A stretch of DNA of 55,073 nucleotides from an uncultured virus (IMG/VR IMGVR_UViG_3300045911_000603) (IMGVR_UViG_3300045911_000603); one strand, 5' to 3'. Positions 28,227 through 38,151 are shown, counted from the stretch's first letter. Numbers and translations: made by a program. The notes: generated from the sequence alone by a model not told the origin.

Positions 28227-28862
28227 ATGATTCTCGGATCTCTCTTCCAACGCCATTCTACCACCGCGCAAGGCAACAACAATCCCCCTGATCGCGGGGA
28301 AGAGCCGTCCAATTCCGACGAATTGCTGGCCCTCATGGAAAAAGCTGGCCGGGAATTCATGCGACGGGCGGCGGCTCCCTCCACCGGATGGATTGCCAGT
28401 TCGTCGGCCACGGACTTTTTTGCCAAGTATGCCGAGTCCCTGCGGGGGGTCAAAGAGACCGAACCTTATCCCGAGATTCTGACTTCCCTGGCAGATGAGG
28501 TCGGACGGAGCACGGAGCCTGACTTGGAACGCCTGGCCGAAATCGCTGCGCACAACATCGGAGCATCCATCTCATTCTGCGACTTCTATGAGAGCCTGCG
28601 GCCTCCGAGCAAGGCGATCCTTTCGCAAAAAACGCAGAACTTGTTGCGGGATGCCTGGAGAATCAATTGCCCTGTGATCCATGCGGAACCGGGCGAAACG
28701 AGCATGTTGATCGGGTGTGTGAATCCTTTGCTGGCCAACGAGGCGCGCAAGCACTTTTCCCGCCAGCAATACGCCCCTCTAATCTCTGCCATGCGCTTAG
28801 GACGCACGCAATGGTCCAATGCCATGCAGTCAGCCAAGGCTCTATTCGCCGCAGGAACATGA
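28227..28862 (+). CDS. Hypothetical protein, possibly a stand-alone GspE/PilB N-terminal-like domain
   Basis: 211 aa coupled to pilB; CPV.......MLIGCVNP resembles VPL......LTIAVANP of PilB. Confidence 0.55.
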   Translation: MILGSLFQRHSTTAQGNNNPPDRGEEPSNSDELLALMEKAGREFMRRAAAPSTGWIASSSATDFFAKYAESLRGVKETEPYPEILTSLADEVGRSTEPDLERLAEIAAHNIGASISFCDFYESLRPPSKAILSQKTQNLLRDAWRINCPVIHAEPGETSMLIGCVNPLLANEARKHFSRQQYAPLISAMRLGRTQWSNAMQSAKALFAAGT

Positions 28863-30544
28863 AGTTTCCCGATATTGACATCAATATCCCGGATGGCGAA
28901 GTGCCGCGCATTATCGCCTTGCTGCGCCAACGAAATCCCGCCTTGGCGCATCTCTCCAACGAGGAGATTATGCAAAAGGCACCCAGGGAACAGGTGATGG
29001 CATCCATCGCTTTTCTGCAAGGGATGCCCTATATCAGCAAAATTGCTCATCTGGTGTCTGACGAACTGCTCGCGCAGTTCGATCCCGGCATTTTGCGACG
29101 GGGCGGCATGGTTCCGCTAACCATGAATTCCAAGCGGCTCACGATTGCCGTGGCCAATCCCTACGAGAGCTTTGCCGTCGATTATTGCAGTCAGCAATTC
29201 CGTCTGGAGTTGGTGGTGCTAATGGGGGGCGGCGCGGATATTGCCCGCATCATCGAGAGCCGGGGAGCCAGTGGACCATCGGAGGAGGATCTCGCCACAA
29301 TTGAAATGGTCAACGAAGGCGATGATTCCCTGAGCTTCTCCATCAGCGATCCGAGTGAGGATGTGATGACCGAGCTGGTGCGGTCCATATTTGTCCAGGC
29401 CGTGGCGGTCAATGCCAGCGACATTCACATCAAGACGGAAGAAAATGCCTTTTACAGCATGTTTCGAGTGGATGGCGATTTATGTATGCGCAAGGACTAT
29501 GACCCGGGACTCAAAGCCCGCATGGATGCCTTCCTGCTCAACATGGTCAAAATCTCCAGGGACGACGCATCTCGCTATCCGGCCGTTAGCTCCCGGCTGA
29601 CGCTCAAGCGCAGCAATGGCCGCAAGATTGATGTTCGCTACGAAAGACACCGCGCCCACAGTGGCTACCACATCACGCTGCGCCTGCTCGACAAGACGCT
29701 CCTGGATCCCAAGTTGGGACAGGGTTCCCTGAGCTTCGATGCGGAAACCTTGCTGGAGTTGCGCAAGGTTATGGCCATGCCGGACGGTATTCTCATCATG
29801 TCTGGACCGACCGGATCTGGCAAGAGCACGACACTTGGGGCCATGCTCCGGGAAATCTATCAGCCGAAATACAATATCATGACGCTGGAAAACCCCGTCG
29901 AAGATGTGATCCCGGGCGTGATCCACTGCGACATGAAAAGCAACGAGGAGTTCCCTCTCTATTTTCGCTCCATGATGCGCTCGGATCCAGACGTGTTGCT
30001 GGTCGGCGAAATACGCGATAAATCATCGGCAGAACTGGCCGTGGAGGCCGCCATAACCGGCCACCAAGTTTTGACGACCACCCATGCCAATTCTGCGGCG
30101 GATATTTTCAACCGATTGGCTCTCATCGGGGTGGAACGGTGGAAAATCGCCGCCACAGTGCGAGCGTGCTGCGCCCAAAGACTGCTCAAGCGGTTGTGCC
30201 CGCACTGCCGCCAACGGCACGAAATTACTGCTCAGGAGGTAGCTTTGTATAATTTGCCGGACTCGATGTTGGGGAAGGAAGTCTATTCGGCTAAACCTGG
30301 AGGATGTATGGAATGCAATGGCCGGGGCTATAGTGGACGAATGGCTGTCCTCGAAATCCTTCCGATCAATGAAGAAACCAGTGACTTCTTGATTTCACCT
30401 TCTCATTCGACCTACCAAATCCAGAAGAAGATTCGCTCGCAATACCCCCAGCTTCGCTCCTTGCGGGAATCTGCTCTGCAAGCCATTATCAGCGGTCAAA
30501 CCGATTTGGTTTCCGTGGCCGATCAAATCAACCTTGCCTACTAA
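28859..30544 (+). CDS. pilB: Type IV pilus assembly ATPase PilB/GspE
   Basis: ASDIHI, GPTGSGKSTTL, TLENPVE, MRSDPDVLLVGEIRD, CPHC/CMEC zinc motif, GYSGR. Confidence 0.95.
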   Translation: MKFPDIDINIPDGEVPRIIALLRQRNPALAHLSNEEIMQKAPREQVMASIAFLQGMPYISKIAHLVSDELLAQFDPGILRRGGMVPLTMNSKRLTIAVANPYESFAVDYCSQQFRLELVVLMGGGADIARIIESRGASGPSEEDLATIEMVNEGDDSLSFSISDPSEDVMTELVRSIFVQAVAVNASDIHIKTEENAFYSMFRVDGDLCMRKDYDPGLKARMDAFLLNMVKISRDDASRYPAVSSRLTLKRSNGRKIDVRYERHRAHSGYHITLRLLDKTLLDPKLGQGSLSFDAETLLELRKVMAMPDGILIMSGPTGSGKSTTLGAMLREIYQPKYNIMTLENPVEDVIPGVIHCDMKSNEEFPLYFRSMMRSDPDVLLVGEIRDKSSAELAVEAAITGHQVLTTTHANSAADIFNRLALIGVERWKIAATVRACCAQRLLKRLCPHCRQRHEITAQEVALYNLPDSMLGKEVYSAKPGGCMECNGRGYSGRMAVLEILPINEETSDFLISPSHSTYQIQKKIRSQYPQLRSLRESALQAIISGQTDLVSVADQINLAY

Positions 30545-31753
30545 ATGCCTCATTTTTCCGTAGAACTCCGCAGTATCAACGATCCCGACAAAACAAAAAA
30601 GGTCGAGGTCGATGCTCCCAACAAAGAATCAGCCCGCAGAATTGCCGCTGAAGGCAATTGGAGGGTGATCGGCGTGGAATCTTCCCCCCGCAAGGGCAGG
30701 GTAACCGGCGTTTCCCAAATCAAAGGCAAGCTCCTCGTGCGTTTTTGCTCATCTGTGGGATCGCAACTCAAGGCACAAATCTCCTTGCAGGATGCGCTCA
30801 CATTTTATGCCGCCCGTCTCCAGGACAGGAACTTGCGTGCGGCCTTGGGCGGAGTCGTGGAATACCTGCGGCAAGGGGAGGGGGCAGGAAGGGCTTTTGC
30901 CTTGGTCAATGTTTTCGACCCTATTTTCGTCGGACTCATCAAGGCGGGCGAGACATCGGCCAACATGCCGGATGCCTTTTTTGGGATCGCCCGCTTTAAC
31001 AAAATCCGCCTGGATGCTACATCCCGCGTTAAGAAAGCCATCGCCGTTCCGCTGGCCACCATCATTTTTGTGTATTTCATCTTCGTGGCCGCGATGACCA
31101 ACCTCACGCCGAAAATCGAGGGCATGTTGTTGGATTTTGAACAAGAACCCGATCCCTTCTCGGGAGCCATGTTTGCCGTCTCTCATTTTGTGCAGGCGAC
31201 CTGGATTCCCATCACGCTCGGCATGATCGTTCTGACCTTGGTCCTAATTTTTGCCCGCAATATTCGCACGCAGATCATCAATATCCTCATGGCCAAATTC
31301 CACATGGTCAAGGAACTGATTATGAGTTACCGGCAACTGGTGTTTTTGAGCACTTTCCAGATGCTCTATAACAACAAGATCGAGGTGCCGGAAGCCTTGG
31401 AAACATGCTCTTTTGTGCTGCGCACAAACCCGATGGGGGACGAACTCCGCACGGTCAAAGAGAAGTTTGTCGTGGGGGAGAAATTGGCCAAGGCCATCGA
31501 GAACTATACCTCGTGTGATCCCGAAGTCTCCCATATGTTGGGAATTGGCGAGGAAACCGGAACAACGGGGGAACAGCTCAATCTTTTGGTGGGGCTTTAC
31601 GAGGACCGGCTGGCCCAGGCCATTGATGTCTTTTCCACCCGAACCCAAGTGATAATTTTCATTACCGCCGCCATTCTGCTGGGGTCATGCTATGTCGCCA
31701 GTTACCTGCCGGTAATTCTCATGGGGCCGAAAATGTTGCAGTCTGCCGGGTGA
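30545..31753 (+). CDS. pilC: Type IV pilus platform protein PilC/GspF
   Basis: AGETS and IGEETG motifs with a 3-TM arrangement. Confidence 0.9.
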   Translation: MPHFSVELRSINDPDKTKKVEVDAPNKESARRIAAEGNWRVIGVESSPRKGRVTGVSQIKGKLLVRFCSSVGSQLKAQISLQDALTFYAARLQDRNLRAALGGVVEYLRQGEGAGRAFALVNVFDPIFVGLIKAGETSANMPDAFFGIARFNKIRLDATSRVKKAIAVPLATIIFVYFIFVAAMTNLTPKIEGMLLDFEQEPDPFSGAMFAVSHFVQATWIPITLGMIVLTLVLIFARNIRTQIINILMAKFHMVKELIMSYRQLVFLSTFQMLYNNKIEVPEALETCSFVLRTNPMGDELRTVKEKFVVGEKLAKAIENYTSCDPEVSHMLGIGEETGTTGEQLNLLVGLYEDRLAQAIDVFSTRTQVIIFITAAILLGSCYVASYLPVILMGPKMLQSAG

Positions 31754-31771
31754 GCAGCTCCGAAAATCCCT

Positions 31772-32761
31772 ATGCAACGCACAAGACTGGACTACTGGAT
31801 CAGAGCAAGGTATGTCCATGTCTATGAGGTGCTGGCGAACTCCTTGCCCAAGCCTATGCCGCACGGCATCGAAATCAGAGAGATCGGTCAGACTGTGGGA
31901 GGGATGGACTGGAATTATAGCATCTGGTGCGAGGATGAAAGTGCCTACCACCGAGTGATTGAGATTTTACGGCGCAACCGATCCATCTATCTACCCAAGG
32001 TGACACGACGCACAGGAATTCTGGTCCGACTCCTTGATCCGCCCCGTGGCCAAAGTTTCACGTATAATATGGTCTGGCACGTATTACGCATTATCGCCAT
32101 GATTGCTTTAACCATCGCTATTCCCATCGGCCAACTCGTCTCCCATGCCTCCAGCTATCTTCGAGGGTTGCTGCATGGGGCGGAAATAATCCGACGCTTT
32201 TTTGTGGTCGGAATCATATCCTGCGCGTTCGGGCCTACCATGGCCGCGCAGTCCGAGCCTCCAGAGGATCTGGCCGAGATGGTGGTGAAGTCTCTCAATG
32301 ATCCCATCTTCGCGGAGTGGGATACGGACCCGCTGCCTTCCGAACCGGGGTTTGACAGGGTGCCGCTCCCGGGCGATTGGGCTTCCCCCCGCACCTACAT
32401 CGTGACCCGCAAGGTGGTCGTAACCCCCCAGGAAACATTTGTCGCTGAAACCGAAGAAGGAGAGCAGGAGATTTCTGCCCTGCGAACAGGGGGTATGATC
32501 CGGCTCCATGTGGGAGGTCGCACAATGGAATACCAAATCTACGACGAATCCAAAGCCATCGTGGAAAATGCCTTGCAAGAGGGCATTGCCGCCATGCTTG
32601 ATTCCATCAAGGGGGTGCGCATCGGCAATAACCGACTCGAAACGGTGGCCCTCACCGAACGCACCATCCTGATCTCCACCACGGCATTCCGCCGCGACGA
32701 CGTGCTTGTTACCTACGGTCGCCGCAAGGATGCCAATTTTTCCTCCATCCTCCATCCATAA
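31772..32761 (+). CDS. Hypothetical membrane protein
   Basis: 329 aa with central hydrophobic segments. Confidence 0.6.
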   Translation: MQRTRLDYWIRARYVHVYEVLANSLPKPMPHGIEIREIGQTVGGMDWNYSIWCEDESAYHRVIEILRRNRSIYLPKVTRRTGILVRLLDPPRGQSFTYNMVWHVLRIIAMIALTIAIPIGQLVSHASSYLRGLLHGAEIIRRFFVVGIISCAFGPTMAAQSEPPEDLAEMVVKSLNDPIFAEWDTDPLPSEPGFDRVPLPGDWASPRTYIVTRKVVVTPQETFVAETEEGEQEISALRTGGMIRLHVGGRTMEYQIYDESKAIVENALQEGIAAMLDSIKGVRIGNNRLETVALTERTILISTTAFRRDDVLVTYGRRKDANFSSILHP

Positions 32762-32770
32762 CTCCGCACC

Positions 32771-33319
32771 ATGAGATTGACCACTGCTGCCAGCCAACGT
32801 TTTTGTGTTCTGCCCTTGCTCTTGATTTTCGGGGGATTGGGCGGGTGTCAGATCCTACGTAAATGGGATCCCAGCACCGAATCATGGAATGATTTTCTCC
32901 ATCGGTATTCGCAGGAAGTGCGAGATCCGGCAGGCAATTCACAGAATCGGCCCGTGCGAATTACCAAGGATGCTCCAAGCAGCAATAGCAGCAATCCCGG
33001 AACGTCACGAACGTCACCCGAACGAAGAGAACCACGAGCAACCGGCGATGATGATCCTCTTCTACGCAATGTTCGAGCCAGAAACAATCCGCCGGTTCGC
33101 GCTCCGCAACCCTCATCCACCCCGACCCCTTGGAAGCTGCCGGAGCAAGAATTGCTCGATCCCCAACTGCCCACGCCTGCGCGAGTCGCCAACAATCCAA
33201 ACCGGGTGGTTTCTCCCTACGACCCCACCAAGCAGGTGGATATTACCGGGATGTCCCCAGGGGAGGTGGTTCTTGATCCGTTCGCCCAAAGACCGTTTAT
33301 TATTCCTCCCATGCCATGA
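32771..33319 (+). CDS. Proline-rich lipoprotein
   Basis: LLLIFGGLGGC lipobox-like signal; C-terminal VVSPY...VDI.G..PG.VV.DP...F.IP motif that I recall from Verrucomicrobia proteins. Confidence 0.7.
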   Translation: MRLTTAASQRFCVLPLLLIFGGLGGCQILRKWDPSTESWNDFLHRYSQEVRDPAGNSQNRPVRITKDAPSSNSSNPGTSRTSPERREPRATGDDDPLLRNVRARNNPPVRAPQPSSTPTPWKLPEQELLDPQLPTPARVANNPNRVVSPYDPTKQVDITGMSPGEVVLDPFAQRPFIIPPMP

Positions 33320-33344
33320 GTCGAGTCATGCGTAGTATGAGAGA

Positions 33345-33899
33345 ATGAGCAATCAAGACCATCTCATGCTGGACCTAGAAACTCTCGGGCAACGTCCGGG
33401 AAGTGTAATCCTTTCCATTGGAGCGGTGTTCTTCAACGAATCGGGCATAAAAGGAAGATTCTACCGGGCGATCATCCTGGAATCCTCCCTCAAGGCTGGG
33501 CTAACCATCGACGCTCCCACCTTGGAGTGGTGGACCACCAAACATCCGCAAGCCCTGAAAGAATTGATGAACACTCCCACCAAAGTCCCGCTCCGTCACG
33601 CCTTGGATGATCTGGACTCTTTTGTGAGATTAAGGGCTGGGGTATGGGATAAAATCCTAGTTTGGGGAAATGGCGCGGCCTTTGACCTCGCCCTGCTCAA
33701 TGCCGCTTATGCCGCGTGCGGCCTGAACGCTCCATGGCGGCACTGGAACGAACGGTGTTTTCGCACGCTGCTTGCCCTAGCGAACAACGGCGCGAAGCCG
33801 AACCTCGGAAACTCACACCACGCCTTGGCCGATGCTGTCAACCAAGCCGAGATCACCATGCGGCTGCTGGCTACTCTCCCCCACAGAACGGAACAATAA
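33345..33899 (+). CDS. DEDDh 3'-5' exonuclease (Rv2179c/DUF5051-like)
   Basis: MLDLETLG, ILSIGAV, WGNGAAFD and HHALADA. Confidence 0.92.
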   Translation: MSNQDHLMLDLETLGQRPGSVILSIGAVFFNESGIKGRFYRAIILESSLKAGLTIDAPTLEWWTTKHPQALKELMNTPTKVPLRHALDDLDSFVRLRAGVWDKILVWGNGAAFDLALLNAAYAACGLNAPWRHWNERCFRTLLALANNGAKPNLGNSHHALADAVNQAEITMRLLATLPHRTEQ

Positions 33900-33950
33900 A
33901 AAGCAATCAGGTAAATCCACAACAAAACAAAAAACGAAACACATACGAAA

Positions 33951-34415
33951 ATGACCAACAAAGAAATCAGCAAAGCCGCAAAAACCGCATGGGAAGCGAA
34001 AATGGACCGCACGGAGTTCCTCCAGTCTTTACCGCCAACGGATCGGAACTTCGGAGCACTCCAATTCGACAGGATGGAAAGCCTTAGCAAATGCGCCCCA
34101 CCGTCCCAGGAAGAAGTCGATGCCAGAGCAAAGGAACTTGTGAAAACTATCGCATTCTGTCGCGTTGCCAGCGAAACTCGCATGCCTTACAGAACCGATA
34201 GCTTCATCGGGAGAGTCGTCTCCGGCAGGATGCTGTCACCTGGGGAGCAGCACATCGCGGATGAAATCCGAAGAAGAGCAACCCCGAACGACGAAGATTG
34301 GGACGTGGCAAGGAAACAGGCGGAATCCGAGCTTACATCGGATGAACTCTTCCTCAAGGAACGACTCGGAATTGACTCCATGGAAGAGGAAGAAGGACCA
34401 AGAATCGTTGGATGA
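33951..34415 (+). CDS. Hypothetical protein
   Basis: 154-aa ATG ORF after an A/C-rich leader. Confidence 0.7.
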   Translation: MTNKEISKAAKTAWEAKMDRTEFLQSLPPTDRNFGALQFDRMESLSKCAPPSQEEVDARAKELVKTIAFCRVASETRMPYRTDSFIGRVVSGRMLSPGEQHIADEIRRRATPNDEDWDVARKQAESELTSDELFLKERLGIDSMEEEEGPRIVG

Positions 34416-34452
34416 TGGTCCAAGCCTCTGAGGAATGAACAAATGATCGGCG

Positions 34453-34484
34453 GAAACCCCCTGCGTAAGCAGGGGGTAGTTCAC
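34453..34484 (+). mobile_element. IS200/IS605-like terminal hairpin (orphan end)
   Basis: GAA-ACCCCCTGC-GTAA-GCAGGGGGT-AGTTCAC. Confidence 0.45.
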
Positions 34485-34514
34485 GTCGCCATAGATAACT
34501 GCACCCGCGTGTAA

Positions 34515-35345
34515 ATGTCAATGAAATGCAAACAGGCAATTGCCGAACTGGAGAATGAAGTTCGCATTCTTTCCAAGGGCCGCACCCTGACCGCGAAGTG
34601 CAAGAAACTAATCAAACTCCTCAAGGAGCAATACACGTTGGGAACCGTGAAGGTGAAGTTATCCAACCTGCGCAAGAGCCTTGGCGAAGGGCACCCAGCA
34701 TTGGATAAACTCAAGCTCACAGATGCCGATTATGTGGTCCTCAAGAGGGGGTGGAACAGCCAGGTTGTCGCTGACCACAGGAACCTGCGTCCTTTGTCTC
34801 CGCAAGAATTGCTTGGCCGAGCGTTATGGATCATGCAGGACAAGGCATCCAGCGGTCTGGCCCTGGCCTTGGCCCTGGCCCTCGTCACCGGGCGCAGGAC
34901 GTTCGAGGTTATGGTTTGTGGAAACTTCAAGTCCGTTGAAGGCAGGGAGGATGTCTTGCACTTTTCCGGCCAAGCAAAGACCCGCAATGCTCCAGGCACA
35001 CGATCATCCTACATCATCCCGGTTCTGATCCCGGCCCCAACCATCTGCAAGGCGTTCAAGCGGCTACGGAAAATCTGCCCCCTCGCAGGAATGAGCAGCG
35101 AGCAGTTTCACAATCTCTATGGGAAGAGACTGCACGAAGCATGCACGGATACCTTCGGGGCTGACTTCACCCCGAAGCTCCTGCGCAGCGCATACGCCTG
35201 CATTTGTGCCGCATGGTTCAAGCCGTCCAATATGACCGATGTGGTGTATTTCTCGGATATTCTTGGCCACCGACTCCTGAATGATGAGGCTGCTGACATG
35301 GCAACTGCCTTGCACTACCAAGACTTCTACATTGAGGATCAATGA
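34515..35345 (+). CDS. Protelomerase (hairpin telomere resolvase), compact form
   Basis: LALVTGRR..EV, FSGQAKTR, Y.IP.L, LRSAYA, ILGH and TALHY (R-K-R-H-Y catalytic set present). Confidence 0.9.
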   Translation: MSMKCKQAIAELENEVRILSKGRTLTAKCKKLIKLLKEQYTLGTVKVKLSNLRKSLGEGHPALDKLKLTDADYVVLKRGWNSQVVADHRNLRPLSPQELLGRALWIMQDKASSGLALALALALVTGRRTFEVMVCGNFKSVEGREDVLHFSGQAKTRNAPGTRSSYIIPVLIPAPTICKAFKRLRKICPLAGMSSEQFHNLYGKRLHEACTDTFGADFTPKLLRSAYACICAAWFKPSNMTDVVYFSDILGHRLLNDEAADMATALHYQDFYIEDQ

Positions 35346-36841
35346 GTGGGATCGAACCATCCGCGGAACAGCAGGCAATCATTGCCCATGAACCATCCGC
35401 AGGCGAACTGGTGGCAGTCCGGGCGTATGCCGGTTGCGCCAAGACAACGACCATCCGAATGCTGGCGGAGGCGCATCCTCATCTCTCCTTTATCTATGTC
35501 TGTTTCAACAACAGTGTGGCGCAGGAGGCAGGGCGTCGGTTCCCTCGGAATGTGGTCTGCCGGACGATGCACTCCTTCGCCTACCGCGAGATTGTTCCCC
35601 GCTATCCCAAGGGAAAAATTGGAAATGCCCTCCGCGTCAAAGAAATTGCCGATCTGCTTTCCGTCCCGCCCGTCATTGCCTTTTGGGTGAGGGAAACCCT
35701 GGGGAACTGGTTGGTTTCCTCGGACTCGAAGATTACGACTGCGCATGCCAGAGGTGCGGGCGATGACGTGGATCTTGTGGTGGAGAAAGCCCGGTCGCTG
35801 TGGAGGAGGATGACTGATCCGCAAAGCCCCACGCCGCTTTCCCATGACGGGTATCTCAAGATGTTCTGTCTGGAGGAAGCGGATCTTCCGCAATGCGATG
35901 TGATTCTTCTCGACGAGGCTCAAGACACCAATCCCGTGGTGGCGTATTACCTATTGCAGCAACGCGAGAAGGGGCGTGCATTGGTGCTGGTTGGGGACCC
36001 GCATCAATCCATCTACGCCTTTCGTGGAGCGATCAATGCGATGGAGCGATTTGCGGGCCAATCGGAGAATGTAACTCACTTCGGGCTGACCACATCCTAC
36101 CGAATCACCCATGACACAGCACACTTGGCCAGCCTGTTACTCAACCGGATGAAAAACGATCCAGTGGCCATCAAAGGCTTCAAGGCGAATTCGCAAGGCG
36201 ATCCCGCTTCTTCGGTAATTTTGGCCAGGACCAATGCGGAACTCATTCGCCAGGCGCATTTTTTGGTGCAAAAAGGACTTCGCCTGCATTGGGCGGGAAC
36301 CGAGCGGCTGAACCATGATCCCTTCCAAGGGTATGGATTCGGCGACATTCTGGATGCCTACCATCTGTATGCGCAAACTCCCGGGATGATCCGCTCGCCG
36401 TATTTCCAGAGGTTTTCCAGCTTCCGCGAATTGGAGGACTTGGCAGAGGGAGAAAATGATGGCGATACGGCAGATCAAGAGATTCGTAAAATCGTCAACA
36501 TCGTCAAGGAATGGAAACATGAACTTCCTGCGGTGCTGCAATCCATCCGACAGGCATCTGCCGCTCCAGAACATGCGCACGTTGGGCTTTCCACCGCGCA
36601 CAAAGCCAAGGGGTTGGAATGGGATTCTGTGAGGCTCTGCGATGATTTCCTGAACCTCAACGATCATGAGAAAATGCAGGAAATGACTTCCGGGGAAATA
36701 GCTCAGGAGGTCAACCTTCTCTACGTGGCAATCACCCGTTCTGCCGGGCGGCTGCAACTCAATCCATCGCTGGAAGCGTGGTTTGGCAATCAGCCTACTT
36801 TCGTTGAAACTGAACCGGCAATGAGGAAAGCAAGTTGCTAA
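35342..36841 (+). CDS. UvrD/Rep-like SF1 helicase
   Basis: AYAGCAKTT, TMHS, DEAQD, VGDPHQSIYAFRGA, STAHKAKGLEWD, LLYVAITR. Confidence 0.92.
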   Translation: MSGIEPSAEQQAIIAHEPSAGELVAVRAYAGCAKTTTIRMLAEAHPHLSFIYVCFNNSVAQEAGRRFPRNVVCRTMHSFAYREIVPRYPKGKIGNALRVKEIADLLSVPPVIAFWVRETLGNWLVSSDSKITTAHARGAGDDVDLVVEKARSLWRRMTDPQSPTPLSHDGYLKMFCLEEADLPQCDVILLDEAQDTNPVVAYYLLQQREKGRALVLVGDPHQSIYAFRGAINAMERFAGQSENVTHFGLTTSYRITHDTAHLASLLLNRMKNDPVAIKGFKANSQGDPASSVILARTNAELIRQAHFLVQKGLRLHWAGTERLNHDPFQGYGFGDILDAYHLYAQTPGMIRSPYFQRFSSFRELEDLAEGENDGDTADQEIRKIVNIVKEWKHELPAVLQSIRQASAAPEHAHVGLSTAHKAKGLEWDSVRLCDDFLNLNDHEKMQEMTSGEIAQEVNLLYVAITRSAGRLQLNPSLEAWFGNQPTFVETEPAMRKASC

Positions 36842-36871
36842 AAATGTAAAGTTCTGCTTGGCTTTTGGTCC

Positions 36872-37822
36872 GTGACTCCTACCGCACCCACAATCTCCCG
36901 GGAAGAAGCAGCTCGGCTGCGGACCTTGGGGGATTTTTTGCGCTCGCAGATCGTGGGGCAAGATCCCGCGATTGAGCAGATTACCAAAGCCGTGCAGCGG
37001 GCCGCATTGGGCCTGCGCAACAAGCCTGGATGCGTGCAGGGAAACTACCTGCTGCTTGGTCCCACCGGGGTGGGCAAGACCGAAACCACGCTTTGCTGCG
37101 CCAGATTTTTATTTGGCAATGACGTGGGACGCATTCACCGATTTGACATGGCAGAATTCCAAAGCGAGGAGTCCCTTGGATCACTCCTTGGCAGCAGCAA
37201 AAGCAGGCAGGGGCTTTTGGGCGATGCCATTGACCACCTCAACGCCCAAGGGGGAGGGTTCCTGCTCTTTGACGAGATCGAGAAGGCGAGCAAAAACTTG
37301 GTCCAAATCTTCCTTGGCATGATGGACGCGGCTCGCGTCACCATGTCCACAGGCGAAACCAAGAACCTGGAGCAACTCTATCTGATTTTCACATCCAACC
37401 TAGGGACGGCAGATGCCATGCGCATGGAAAGCCTGCCCTATGCTGCCCTCAAGCGGCACGTCTTGCATGTGGCCGAGGAGTTCTTTGGTGCTCCCATCAT
37501 GGGTCGGTTTCAGGAGCGGGTGGTGTTTCGACGCCTCACCCACGAGGTCCAGATCGCCATTTGCGAGAAGATGTTGACCAAGGAAATCGCGCATGTGGAA
37601 GCCCTTTGCGGGCATCCGATTGTTGTGGATAAGGGGGTCTTTCCGTTCTTGATCCGCAAAGGGTATGACAAGATGCTGGGGGCTCGCCCGATGCGGGATG
37701 CGGTGGAGCGCGAAATTGGCAATGGGGTGGCGGAATGGCTTTTGCAGGGACGGCATATTGAATGTGCTCGGGCTGTGCTTGCTGTCGGAGACGACAAACT
37801 GGTTCTCTCGCCGGAGGCTTAA
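36872..37822 (+). CDS. Stand-alone ClpB/ClpA second-AAA-domain ATPase
   Basis: IVGQD.AI, LGPTGVGKTE, RFDMAEF, LFDEIEKA, TSNLG, GYD...GARP. Confidence 0.9.
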   Translation: MTPTAPTISREEAARLRTLGDFLRSQIVGQDPAIEQITKAVQRAALGLRNKPGCVQGNYLLLGPTGVGKTETTLCCARFLFGNDVGRIHRFDMAEFQSEESLGSLLGSSKSRQGLLGDAIDHLNAQGGGFLLFDEIEKASKNLVQIFLGMMDAARVTMSTGETKNLEQLYLIFTSNLGTADAMRMESLPYAALKRHVLHVAEEFFGAPIMGRFQERVVFRRLTHEVQIAICEKMLTKEIAHVEALCGHPIVVDKGVFPFLIRKGYDKMLGARPMRDAVEREIGNGVAEWLLQGRHIECARAVLAVGDDKLVLSPEA

Positions 37823-37838
37823 AAGAGCCAGCCCTGCG

Positions 37839-38033
37839 TCAGTCGTCATGCGGAACGAGTTCGCAGCCATATGGGACCGGCGGAATTTTCTGTCTGATTT
37901 TCGCTGCGGCAGATTTGTCTTTTGTCCATGCCTCGTAGAGCGGCATGTCCTGTGGGTCGAGCCCAGCCAGCCACCGATCATAAGCTTTCTGGCTCCAGTA
38001 TAGTTTTGAGGAGGTTTGGATTAGTGCTTTCAT
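37839..38033 (-). CDS. Small hypothetical protein
   Basis: 64-aa ATG ORF in an intergenic gap. Confidence 0.4.
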   Translation of the reverse strand: MKALIQTSSKLYWSQKAYDRWLAGLDPQDMPLYEAWTKDKSAAAKIRQKIPPVPYGCELVPHDD

Positions 38034-38151
38034 TTTTTTTGGGGTGGTTAGATTCCGATTCCGTTGGCGCGCTTAGACGTATCTTTGCGCCAGTTGATCT
38101 ATAATACGCATCGCGCCGTCTCTGACCAGCACCTTCCCAAGAAGTGGAGCA

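Noticed and set aside
31299..31310. 12-nt match of spacer 269-297 to pilC, and an 11-nt match of spacer 466-495 near 14782
   Set aside because: Matches of this length are expected by chance in 55 kb.
34456..34477. Hairpin as the protelomerase target site
   Set aside because: A 9-bp stem with a 4-nt loop is too short and is not the long perfect palindrome that known telomere resolution sites show.
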